Source: Geosiphon pyriformis uo1
Lineage: Eukaryota; Fungi; Glomeromycota
Reading direction: 5' to 3'
Length of the DNA: 64,000 nt
Assembly: GCA_016748015.1 (NCBI GenBank)
Contig: JAAOMT010000659.1
Span: 313,222 to 377,221 of the forward strand
The notes beneath the pieces were generated by a model. The model had not been told where the DNA came from and did not search any database. It worked only from the letters and a program-made list of their open reading frames with translations. The translations under genes were made by a program, and so were the position numbers. Positions 15,065 to 27,299 of this stretch are shown here, in pieces (positions within the stretch are counted from its first letter, which is position 1; every line of letters begins with the position of its first letter).

Positions 15065-15665
15065 AATATTGAGCTTTGTCAAAATCCAATTCGTTTAATT
15101 CCCCCTCTTGAAGTATTTCCTGGATTTTGTTTTCAAGAATTACTTGTGTTATTTGGGTCTGTAATTCTTCAAATTGAGCATTGGTGATTTTTCCCAATTG
15201 ATTATTAGTAACTATATCCATTGCTTTGTTGAGCAATATTTCTGGTTTATCCTGAAATGCTGTGTGTATTCGGTATATGGCTCGGGCTTGTGTAGATAAG
15301 TTGTTCTTTCCCACAAAATGTTCTAATTGTTGTAGTATTCTTTTGTCGAATAATTGCTTTGTTTTATCTGTATATAGATTCTGGATATTTATGTGTTGTT
15401 CCAAGTAAAAATAACAATAGTTTCTTGGAAATTGTTGTATCCACCAATTCCAAGTTTCTTTAGTCAACTCTCTTATTGCTAATTTTACATTCACAATGAT
15501 TTTGTCCATCATATTTTCAGTTTTCTTTTGTGTTCTGGGTTGCAATGTCTTTTTAGTATCTTGATATCAAATGATTTGTTGATTGATTGTAATCTTTATT
15601 TTCTGGTGTTGGATCAATTGAAAAAGTTGTTGTGCTAGTGAGTGAATATTGTCTGTAATTTCCAT
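15063..15665 (-). pseudogene. Element A accessory ORF3 (200 codons, one TGA at 15567-15569), unknown function
   Basis: MEITDNIHSLAQQLFQ...FDKAQY*; homologous to ORF3 of B and C. Confidence 0.85.
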
Positions 15666-15716
15666 TTTCTGATATTTCCTGTCGCATCTACTATGTCTTT
15701 ATATATTCTTTTGCTG

Positions 15717-18700
15717 AATCAATTTAATGTGTTGTTGTCAATATTAACAATTGGTTCCAGATCTTGTGGAATCTCATCTGGTTGGACTAGTATTTTCTGT
15801 ACTTCTAATTGTAGAATATTACTGGTAGATAGTAGTGTAATGTTGTGGTATGGTTTCAGTCAATCTCCATGTGCTGCTTTGGTTAAAATTTTGTTATCCA
15901 ATCTTAATTTGTAAGCTCTATTTCCTAGAATTTTTTCTATGTGAAATGGTCCATCTCATTTGGGGTCAAATTTTCCACTCCATTGTTTTTCTGCTTTGGT
16001 ACAATATAAGAGTACCTTGTCTCCAATCTTGAATTCAACTGGTTTGTCTAATAGTTGACTATCATGTCTTTCTTTCTGTTTCTTTTGTGACTTTTGAATA
16101 TTATCAGCTGCTCTTCTTTGTTTGTTTTCCAATGTTTCTATTAAGTCATATGTTCTTCTCAGCAATGTTTCTTGAAAATTCTCTTCTGTTATTGGTTCAG
16201 CTGGATATGTATTAATTTTTCTCTTTACTGGTAATGTTGCTGTTCTACCATATACTAATTTGAATGGTGTTGTTTGTGTAGTATTTTGCTTCATTGTCCA
16301 ATAAGCAAATAATACTGATGGTATAAATAAATCTTATTCATCCTGGTTTTTTTGGCTGAGTTTGGCAATTGCTTCATACAATGTTTTGTTGAATCTTTCG
16401 ACTAATCCGTTGGTTTGTGGATGGTATGGTGATAATAATGGTCTCTTAATTCCGAATTTTTGGCTCAATTCTGTTAATGTTCTGTTCACAAAATGAGTTT
16501 CTTGGTCTGATAATAATTTCTTTGGACAACTGTGTTAACAAATTAAATCTTAATGAATGAATTCAGCAACGAATTCTGCATTCGCTCTTTGAATTGCTTT
16601 CGCCTCTGGCCATTTAGTGAGATAGTTTATGGCTATTGCTATATATCTGTTCCCTCTGCTGGTAATTGTTAATGGTCCAACTAAATCAATTCCAATCCAG
16701 TCGAATGGTTGTCCTACTTTAATTGGTCTTAATGGTTTATTGGGTCTTGTTTCTTCTCTTTGCTGACAAGTGTCACAATTTTGAACATATTGGATGATGT
16801 CTGAATATATTGATGGCCAATAGTATCTTTTTCTGGTTCTTTCTATGGTTGTTTCTTTGTGAAAGTGTCTGGCTGTTGGATTTGAGTGCATGTTGAATAA
16901 TATTGTCTCTTTTTTTGGCTCTGTAATCACTCTGGTTGGCTGATCTGGATCCCTCCTATTTTTCTGATAAAGTATATTTTGGTGAGTGATAAAATATTTT
17001 GATTGTTGTTTGATCCTCTTTCATTCTATTTGAGATAAATTTTTCTTGAACTGTTGAGTGTTTATATAATGTTGGAGTTGTTGATATTTTTGTATGTTCA
17101 TCTTTTGTTATTTTTCGTTGATATTGTTCTGGTTTTGTTATATTTTTGGGTTGAAATGTTCTTAGATTTGTCTTATTTGCAACAAACCATTGGCATTTCC
17201 ATTGTTTTTTTCTTTCTTATAGTGTATAGTATAAGTATATTGTGATAGTGCTATTTTCTATCTGGATTGGCAACTGTCATCAAATTCTTGCTTTTGAAGT
17301 GATGTTAACCCTTTATAATCCGTGTATATATCAAACTTTTGGCTCAAGTATTTGTTCCACTTCATGACTGTCCAATAGATTGCTAAATGTTCTAGTTCTG
17401 GTGTTCCATAGTTCTTTTTGGCTGGTGTTAGACCTCGGCTGACATATGCTACTGGATGTTCTCTACCGTCTGGTCTCTTCTGAGATAGTACTGCTCCCAA
17501 TGCTTGGCCTGATGCATTGGTAGTAATGATAAATGGTTTGTTGTGATTTGAGTAGATCAGTACTGAAGCTTTAATGAGCTTTCTTTTGAGAATATCAAAA
17601 GCTTCTTGTTGACTTTCTGTCTATTCATATTTGGTATTCTTGGTTTGCAGATTATTGAGCAGTTGAGCTATTTTTGAAAAGTTTTTTATAAAGCATTGAT
17701 AATAGCTCACAAATCCCAAGAATGATTTCAATTCAGTCACATTGGTTGGTACTGGAAAGTTCTTTACTATCTCTATTTTCTCTGGATCCATTTTGATGCC
17801 GTCTTTATTGACTATGTGTCTTAAAAATTTTAGTTCTGTTTTGCCAAAGAAGCACTTTGTTGTATTTAACTTTAGTCCTGCTCTTCTTAACCTTTCGAAC
17901 ACTTGAGAAGATGATGAAGATAATCATCAAATGTTTTTGAGAATACATTGGTGTTATCCAAGTATACAACTACTAATTTCTACAATAAGCCAGTATAAAT
18001 AATTTCTATTAGTCATTGGAAAGTGGCTGGAGCATTGGTTAAGCCAAATGGCATCATCTCAAATTTGAAATTCTTTTCTCTAGTGGTGAATGCTGTCTTC
18101 TTTTTGTCAGCTGGATACATGGCTACTTGCCAATAACTACTGTCCAAGTCTAATGTTAAGAACCATTTGTTTCTACTGAAAGTGTCAAATAATTCCTGTA
18201 TTTGTGGAGTTGGATAGCTGTCTCCACGAGTTACACTGTTGAGTTTTCTGTAGTTCACACAAAATCAGATTTTCTCATTCTTTTTACGAACAAGTACTAC
18301 TGGTAATAACTATGGGCTCATTGATGGTTGAATTAGCCCATTGTCAAGCATTCGGTTTATCTCTTGACGGATGATTTCGTGGCTGGCTGGCAGCACTCTG
18401 TATGCTCTTTGTTTGATTGGCATTGCATCTCCAGTCTTGATCTGATGCTGGATGATGTCAGTTCGGCCAAACTCATTTTCACTGGCAAAAATGTCTTTGA
18501 AATTGTTGAGCAATATCTTGAGCTGCATATGTTAGAGTGGATCTAAGTTTCCCATGTTCATTTGTTCCAATTGTTTTGGTTGAAGTAAATAACATTTGTC
18601 TCGTCCATAGATTGTTTGTGATGTGATGTTGACATATCCACAAAGTTGTGGAAAGTCTAGAATGGGGTTTGGTGGTTGGTCTTCTATTTCTGTGGTTAAA

Positions 18701-20354
18701 TATCCTATGGTAGTTCTTTCTGGTATGTTGATGACATTGCCAGTGTTGTTGTAGATGGAAATTTTTATGCAACTATAGCTTTTGGCTAGTATGTGGAGAT
18801 TGATCAGTCCAATCTTTCCTGATTCACAAAGGCTTGCTTCAGCTTCAAAAATCTGTTCTTGCTTCTTTTCCTTCCTTTTTATTGCTAGCATGTACTGGCT
18901 ATATGGTGGAATGGAAATAGCTTGGCTGGTTGAGATAATTTTTCCTTGGCCAACAATTTCTTTCTCTGCCATATTAACTGGTACATCTATTCTACCTATT
19001 GACCCAAATTCCTGTATCCCTCTTGCTGTTATTCCTAACTCTTCCCTGTTTCCCACCAGTACTAACTGAGCTATCTTAACCAAAGATAAGAATATTGCCT
19101 GTGCTATCTTTTTGTTCGGCTTTATTATATAGGCCTTGTTTGAGTCATTTTGTAGCATAGTGATGATATTTCCCACATATTCTGCATCAATTATTCCTCC
19201 TCTTATATTAATTCTTCTTTTTGCTAAACTACTCCTAGATGCTAATTGAACCATTGTTGTTGCTGGAATTTCCAGTACTATTTTCAAATTGATGCAGGTG
19301 CGCATATGTGGTTCCAATTTAATGGTTTCTGTTCCTGGATATCTTTGATTAAATCCTGTATCAGTATCGTGTGCACATTCTGACATAATACCTTCATTAT
19401 TATTGCTGAACCATTTCAGTTTTTGTTTCTTGGTGAGGTCAGGAAGTGCAATATATTGTTCATAGTTTGAGTCAGAGTTTGAATTTGAGTTGATATTGTT
19501 GTCCTTGTCATTGCCATTTTGAACAGAGCTGGAACCATTATTCTCATCATCATTGTTGTCGGAGTTTGAATTGGGATTGAGCAGTGATTCCGACTCTAAT
19601 ACACAACTGCTGATTGGTTCTTTTTCTTCAGGGATCATGTAGATCATGCATGGTAGTGGATTGTAAATGAGGTCACAATTGTCACAATATTCAAAGTCAC
19701 TGAGAATTAAACAATGGTGACACAGTCTTGTATTCAACTGTGCTAGCCATTGTTCTTGCTCTTCTCTAGTGGGTGCCAAGTTCTGGTAGTGTTTATGGAA
19801 CTCTTCTGGTTCCAGAAAATTTATAACTGGCTCTGTGTCCCAGTCAAGCTCGATGGGTTCTGGTGGGTTGTTTTTGATTTCTCTGATCTCTTCGGGTGTC
19901 ACTCCTTCTATTTTGCCAATTGCCATTCTCCAAATTTTGTTATTGTCATGTGAACAACTGTCCAGTTGCTGCACGGCTCTTCTCCAGGCTGTTTCTATTG
20001 GTGTTTCTTTCTTTACCCAGTCGCTTATTAGAATTGTGTATTGACATGACGTGTCACACATTCCTTCATGTCTTGGGATGTTGTTCCACATCTCTTCATC
20101 TAGCAGGGTCTTCCCACAAGCGAGACAAGGTTGATTATCCCATTTTTCTTGCCTCTTTGGTCATCCAAAGCATTCGAATAAGCATGGATGACAGTAGAAC
20201 TTTGTTGTGGTGTGGTATTCCTCATTGTTGCCACAGCATGTGCCCATTGATAACAGTTTCTTGCTGCAATCAATGCATACAAGCCTTGGCCATCAATAAT
20301 TAGATTGTTGTGGAGTGTGGTAAGTGTAGGAATTATAAATGGCAGCAGTTGGTG
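15717..20354 (-). pseudogene. Element A pol, 3' part: Cys-rich domain, dUTPase, RT, RNase H, integrase
   Basis: RSSLAK / GGIIDAEYVG / KIAQAIF / RGIQEFGS (dUTPase); MPFGLTNAPATFQ and YLDN (RT); HPVAY..NYGTPELE (RH); HHCC, IGIDLVGP, NGLVERFN, GPF (IN). Confidence 0.93.
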
Positions 20355-20358
20355 GCAT

Positions 20359-21442
20359 TGTTATGAGTAAACTTGGTGGGTATGGGAAATGGTAACATTT
20401 GGTGCTCTCAATTATTAATGATGCGTCTTCCGTGTAATTCTGTCGGCTTAGTCTTGATTATCAGTCTCTAAAGGTCTATTCCTGGATGTAAATTTTACCC
20501 GTTGAGTTTTTTGGTTATAAGGCACAGAGTTTGTCTTTCATCAATTGCAATGTTTTTCATAAATGTGAGCTTTCTTCTCCAAGCTAATGAGCGCAGTTGT
20601 TAGGGTCTGGCGTTGTCTTTTCGCCCTTCTAGTAAGTTAACAAGATAATGTTAATATTCAAAACTTAGGGGGAGCTTCCTTCTTTTACCAGGCTATCATG
20701 AAGTTTATTCCCAAACAGTTGATTTTACTATGTTGCTGCTCCACAAAAAATTAAGACAGAAAAAGAAAGAAAAAGAAAAAGAAAAGAAAAGAAAAAAGAG
20801 AAAAGATAAATTAGTATCATCAATTGCCGTGATCAAAAGTGATTGGTCCAAATCATTAATAGGTTCGAGGCAGTTATACTAAGAGCATCTATTCTAGAAT
20901 GGAAGTATGAGACAAGGGTTAATTTACGTAAATTTCACGAAGTTCGAGAACATGAATTTGCGATTCTGATTTCTTTTAATAATTGATTTATTTCAGGAGA
21001 TAAAATAGGGAAGATAATAAAGGATGAAGGGATATGGATATTTTAATTTCTGGTCTAAAGGTTCATATTTGTTTTTTCTTCTCTGTCTTTTCTCACTTCT
21101 ACAACTACTTGCTTTTATACATTCTTTTGGTTTTACAGGATTGCTTTCAATTGTCTCACTATTGCTAGCTATTGCTTTGTTGTTTTTGTTATTGCTTCGT
21201 TTTTCTATGTTATCATTAGTTATCCTATGTTATAACATGTTATCTGACATTATTCTGTGTTATTCTGCATTATAACACGTTATCCTATGTTATTGCGCAC
21301 TATTCTGTGTTATTCTGCATTATAACACGTTATCCAACGTTATAACACATTATCCAATGTTATTGTGTATTATTCTGTGTTATGTCATGTTTTTGGTCAC
21401 GTTTCTTCATAACTTTGGATCGGTTTTTCTACTCAGGTAACA
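20359..21442 (-). repeat. 3' LTR of element B
   Basis: TGTTA...TAACA; PPT AAAAAGAGAGAGATAA at 21443-21458; ~11-bp tandem array at about 21220-21385. Confidence 0.95.
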
Positions 21443-21456
21443 TTATCTCTCTCTTT

Positions 21457-22191
21457 TTAAAATTGAGCTCCTGCGAAACTGTATGTATCTGTTATTGTGG
21501 CTTCATTCGTGTAATGTTCGATTGTTGCCTCGAGTATTGTCTTTTGTAGGTCTTCGAACTGTTGATTGGTTATTTGTCTTATGCTGTTAACTGTTATGGT
21601 TTTCATAGATCCATTCAGTAGTACATTTGGACAATGTTGGAAGGCGGCGTATAGTCAGTATGCTGCTTTGTAATGTAGGGTCAAGTTGTTTTTCCCTATG
21701 AATTTTTCTACTTGTTGTATTGCTTCTTTGTTGAACGTTTTCTGGCTGAGGTCTTCGTATAGTGTTTTCAAGTCAAGCTGTTCTCCAATTTTGTAGAACC
21801 AATAAGCTGGAGGAAGTCTTTCTTTCCATTCCTGGGCATTGTTAGATGTTCACTCCCCTGTTTTGAAGAGTTTGGTCCCATGAGCTAAAGCTTGTTTTAT
21901 TTCTTTGAACTCAGAGACCAAATATCTTCTTTTGTAACTTTTTTCTTGTTCTTTGTCTCCTTCTTTTCCATTCCCCACCCGAAGGCAATTTTTCCTCCCA
22001 CATTGCCTTTCGGGTGGTGGGTAGAGGAAAGAATGTTTAGTTCTAATTGAACTCTTATCCTCCCCTCTCCTGCTCTTATCTTTGTATCATATCTCTTTTT
22101 TATTAATTGTTATTTCTATTTAAGATGTCAATTTTTGAATTGTTTCAAATAATTGTTTAGATAATTTTAAAATTTGATCTGAAAAGTCTAT
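21457..22191 (-). pseudogene. Element B accessory ORF3 (~245 codons, start ATG>ATA, several stops)
   Basis: (M)DFSDQILKLSKQLFE...PPAYWFYKIGEQL...KAAY*LYAAFQHCPNVLL..ITVNSIRQITNQQFEDL...FAGAQF*. Confidence 0.8.
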
Positions 22192-22269
22192 GTTGAAATT
22201 TCTATTGTTTCTTGCTGCTTTTCGGATGCTATATATATTTGAATTCCCCAATTTAATTTGCTGCCTGTT

Positions 22270-25200
22270 GTCTACATTTCGATGACAATGATTGGTTTCA
22301 GATTTCATGGTATATCTTCTGGTCTGATTAATGAAATTTGTGTTCCTAGTTGAGGTATTGATGATGATGATTCCTGTTTTACATGATAAATTTTTAACCA
22401 ATTTCTATGCGCTACTTTCTTTAAAATCCTGTCTTCTAATCATAATTTGTAAGTTCCATTTCCTAATGCTTCGTGTATGTGGAATGAACTGTCCCACTTT
22501 GGATCAAACTTTCCACTCCACTGTTTCTCAGTTTTTGTATGATATAACAGTACTTGGTCTCCAATCTTGAATTCCATTGGTTGTTCTGGCAGGTGTTTAT
22601 CATGTCTTTCTTTTTGTCGTTCTTGAGCATGACTAATATTGTCAGCTGCTGTTCTTCGATTGTTTTCCAATGTTTTCATTAGCTGGTACATTTTTTGGTG
22701 TAAGATAGCCTCAAAATTCTCTTCATTGATTGTTTCTGTTGGGTATAACAGTATCACTCATTCAATCGGTAACGTAGCTTTTTTTTCATAGACTAGTTTG
22801 AACAGTGTGAACTGAGTCATATTTTGTTTCAATGTTCGGTATGCAAAGAGTACAGAAGGTATAAATAAGTCCCATTTTTGTCTGTTTTCATGACTTATTT
22901 TTGCTAATGCTTTGCATAGTGTTCTGTTAAACTGTTCTACCAGTCCGTTCGTTTGTGAGTGGTATGGTGACGATAAGGGTCTTTTTATTCCAAACTATTG
23001 GCTTAGTTTAGTCAACGTATTATTAATGAAGTGTGTTCCCTGATCAGATAATAATTCTTTCGGACATCCATGTCGGCAAATTAGGTCTTGATGCACAAAT
23101 TCGGCAACTGTTTTAGCATCGGCCACTTGGATTGCTCTGGTTTCTGGCCATTTTGTAAGATAGTCTATGGCTATAGCAATATAGCAATTTTCTTGGGATG
23201 TAATTGAAAGAGGTTCAACCAAATCGATCCTGATTCTATCAAATGGATTTCCAACTGGAATGGGTCAAAGTGGTTCTGTTGATCTTGCTCCTTCTTTTCG
23301 CTGGCATGTGTTACAATTGAGCACGTATTCGAAAATGTCTTTGTGCATCATTGGCCAATAGTATAAGTTTAGTGTTCTTTCGAGGGTAGCGTCTTTGTTA
23401 AAGTGTCCTGCAGTCAGATCTGAGTGCACGCTATATAGTATAGTTTCTTTTTCACTGTCTGTGATTAGTCGTTGTGGGTTGAGATGGTTTTGGCATTCTT
23501 GTCGATATAGTTGGTTGTCTTGAATAAAATAATTTTGGGCTTGTTTTCATATGGTACTCTGTTCCTGTTGAAATAATATCTCCTTGAAACATAGTGTCGA
23601 TAGATACTGATGTAGTCATTAATAAGTGAGTGTGTCCATGAGTCTGGGATTAGGTTTGTGGCATCTTCAACAAACTGTCGGCATTGGTGTTCTTGGATCC
23701 TTCTTTGTAATGGACTTTGAGTGGGAATTGTTGCAGATAAGTACTCCATCTCGCATATTTTTCTTCTAGTTGTGGATTGTTGAGTAACCAAATAAGTCCT
23801 TTGTGGTCAGTATATAGGTCAAATAGTTGACTGAAGTAATGTTTCCAAGTTTGTATGGCCCAATAAATGGTGAGACATTCCAGATCTGTTGTGCTGTAAT
23901 TCTTTTCTGCTGGACTAGTGCTGCGACTAGTGTAGGCAACTGGGTGTTCTCTATTGTCTGGTCCTATCTGTGATAAAACTGCTCCTAGAGCATTTTTCGA
24001 GGCATCCGTAGCGACAATGAACTATTTAATGAAATCTGGGTAAATCAGAATTGGGGATGTGATTAATCACTGCTTGAGATAGTCGAATGCTTTCTGTTGA
24101 TCTTCCTTCTACAAGTACAGTATGTATTTGGACAACAATTGATGGAATGGTTTTGTGATGTTCAAGAAACCTTTGACAAATTGACGATAATATCCTGCTA
24201 ATCCTAGAAATCCTCATAATTCTCTGAAGTTGATTGGGGCTAGAAAATCCTTGACTTTTTGTACTTTATCTGAATCGGATTTAACTCCGTCCTTGCCGAT
24301 TACATGTCTTAAGAATTTTAACTTGGTTTTTCCAAAGAAGCATTTCTCAGAATTGAGTTTCAATCTGGCACTACAAAAGCATTCGAAGATTTGTTGCAGG
24401 TAGAGCAGATGGTCTTCAAATGTTTCGGAAAACACGTTTGTGTTGTCTAAATAGACTACTATTGATTTCCAAAGAATTCCTTTGTATACTACATCCATCA
24501 GGCATTGAAACGTGGCAGGAGTATTACAAAGTCTAAAAGGCATTATGTTAAATTTGAAGTTTTTGTCTCGAGTAGTAAACGCTGTTTTTCCTTTGTCTTT
24601 GGGATCCATTTCAACTTGCCAGTAACCACTTACTAAATCTAATAATGAGAACCATTTCTTTTTCCCTAGATTGTTCAGAATTTCCTGGATGAGGGGAGTG
24701 GGATAACTATCTCTTCGCGTGATGCTATTTAGTTTTTGATAATCTACGCAGAATTGCACTTTTCCATTTTTCTTGGTGACCAAGACTACTGGCGAGAACC
24801 AAGAGCTTAACGATTCTTTGATTAAGCTGTTATCAAGCATTTGTTGCACTTCTTGCTTAATTAGGTTATCACCAGATGGGGGTATGTGGTAAGCTCATTG
24901 CTTAATTGGTCGAGCATCTCCTGTATCAATCTAATGCTTCACAATGTCGGTGCATCCGAACTCATTTTTGCTGGCAAAGACATCGGCATACTGATTCAGA
25001 AGGACTTTGAGTTGCATTTGTTGCAGGGTACTTAAATTTTTTAAATTCAATTTATTGATTTCTTCTAGTGTGAACAAGTAACTTTCCTTTTGGCAAATTC
25101 CATACTTGTGAAGTAATGTCACAGAATAAGAATAATTGTGCGAAATCTGGAATGGACTGGGGTTTTTCAGGATTCTGACTATCTGCAGATATGGAACTGA

Positions 25201-27290
25201 CGAGGGTCCCTTCAGAGATTTCAATAACATCTTCTGTCGGGTTGTGAATGGGGATTTTGAAGTGTTTATGAGCTTTGGCCGATAGGTATAGATTAGCAAC
25301 ATTGGCTAGGGAACAGATTTCAGAACTGGCTTCGAATAATAGGGCTTGATCTTGGATCTTTCAATTCACCTTAAGGATGTATTGTCAGTATGGGGGAATG
25401 GAGATGACGGTGTCGGTGTGAATAAATTCTACCTGGTCACTGTCTTTCTCCGTAAAATTAACTGGTATGTTTCCTTTTCCACTTGATCCAAACCCATTGA
25501 TTCCTTGGGCAGTGAGGCCTAACTCTTCTTAGATTGTTACCAGGGTTAATTGGGGTATTTTGACTAGGGGTAGAAAGATAGCTTGGGCAATCTTTTCTTG
25601 TGATTCTATTTTGTAGAGTTTGTCCAAATTGTTCTGTAGCATCATGATGATGTTTCCCGTGTAACCAGCATTGATAATTCCTCCTTTTATGTCAATTCTT
25701 TTCTTGGCTAGACTAGATCGAAAGGCAACTTGTACCATTGTACTAATAGGAATTTCTAACGCTATCTTAAGATCTATTTTTACGAGAGAATGTGGGGCTA
25801 TAATGATGGGTGATTGTCTGGGGTATTGTAGGTCGAAACTGGCATCAGTGTCATGTGCTCTTTCAGAGCAAATTCCTTCCTTGTTGTCACTGTACCATTT
25901 TAGCTTTAGTTCTTTGGATAGGTTGGGATACACGAGATACTGTTCTGTTTCGGTATCCTCAGTTGGATCTTGAAACAACATGTCCTCGGTGATCAATACC
26001 TCTTCTTCAAGTTCAGGTAGTTTGGTGATTGGAAACAGTATTCTTGAAGGCAGATTGAACATAAGATCACATTCATTACAGTACTGGAAGTGACAGGGGA
26101 TCAAACAGTGATCACATAGTTTGGTATTCAAATTGGCCAACCTTTGTTCCTGTTCTTTGTGAGTTGAGGCCAATTCCTGATATCAGTTCTGAAATGTGTC
26201 TGGGTCATCTGTGAAGAAATCATCCTCAGGGTAGTTGGGTCCAGTATATTTGGGCGTCCAAGGGTTGTTCTTAATTTTTCGTATTTCTTCGGATGTGGCG
26301 TCTTCGGCCTTGGCGCTTGCCATTCTCCAGATTTTGTGGTTATTGTGTAGATAACCGTCTAGCCTGTTGAGTGCTTATTTCCAAGCGTTCTCAATGGGGA
26401 TTCTCTTTCATACCCAATCGTTGATTAATATGGTGTATTGACAAGCCTTGTCATATGTTCCTCCTCTGCCAGGCACATCATTCCAGAGTCTTTCATCTGG
26501 CAGGATTTTGCCACATGCGAGGCACAGTATGTGGTCTCACTTGCTTTGTCGTTTTGGTTGTCCAAATCTTTCCAGTAAACAAAGCCTGTAATAGTATTTG
26601 GTGGTGGTGGGCCATTCTTCATTGTCCCTGATACATGCGCCCATAGTGGATAGTTTTTTTCCACAATCAACACATATTAGTCTTGGGGTTGGTAAAATAA
26701 GTTTCTTTGGTCTGAGGTTATGTATCCTAGTGATGACAATTGGGGTTCTTCTTCGGCTCTGTCTTTTCTTTTTTCTTCCCAGGTTGGTGGTGGGGGTAGT
26801 TCAGTTCGATAATCATCCGCCCATGAAACCTGATAGGTCTCGATGATTGATGGCATTGATGTGTCTTCAAATTCAATAAGAGGTTCCTCGGTACATTGGT
26901 TTTTAAAGTGTCCACACATAGCTGGGACTTGGGCATGCTGTCCATTAAACGTGAGTTGAAGTTCTTGGGTGTTCCAGTTGAGAGTAACATTGGCTTTTGA
27001 CAACCAGTTGTTTCCTACTAGAGCTTAATATTGAGTAGCTTCCATGATGAGTACTTTGGTAGGGATTTGGATTCCATTAATCTCGAAAAGGAAGTTGTCA
27101 ATTTTTCCTATCAGGGTTTTTGTGTTTCTATCAGCTGTAATGATCTGGGTGGTAGCAGCACAGTCTACTCAGTGACCTAGTTGGTCCATGAGCTGCTTCA
27201 TGATTATGCTACTGGCTGATCCACTATCCAAGATTAATTTAATGTCTATTCCTCCAACTCTGGCATTGGTGTATAGGGCTGTTATTGGTT
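22270..27290 (-). pseudogene. Element B pol: protease, Cys-rich domain, dUTPase, RT, RNase H, integrase
   Basis: LILDSGSA (PR); DASFDLQYP / RSSLAKK / GGIINAGYTG / KIAQAIF / GINGFGSSG (dUTPase); YLDN (RT); LLSDQGTHF (IN). Confidence 0.93.
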
Positions 27291-27299
27291 TATTCTGAT

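Noticed and set aside
15717-15960. Chromodomain or env after integrase
   Set aside because: Only a GPF motif and a short tail; no chromodomain aromatic cage, signal peptide or TM segment
21024-21275. Hydrophobic antisense ORF in LTR B (also 30181-30492)
   Set aside because: Explained by T-rich composition and tandem repeats; no counterpart in LTRs A or C
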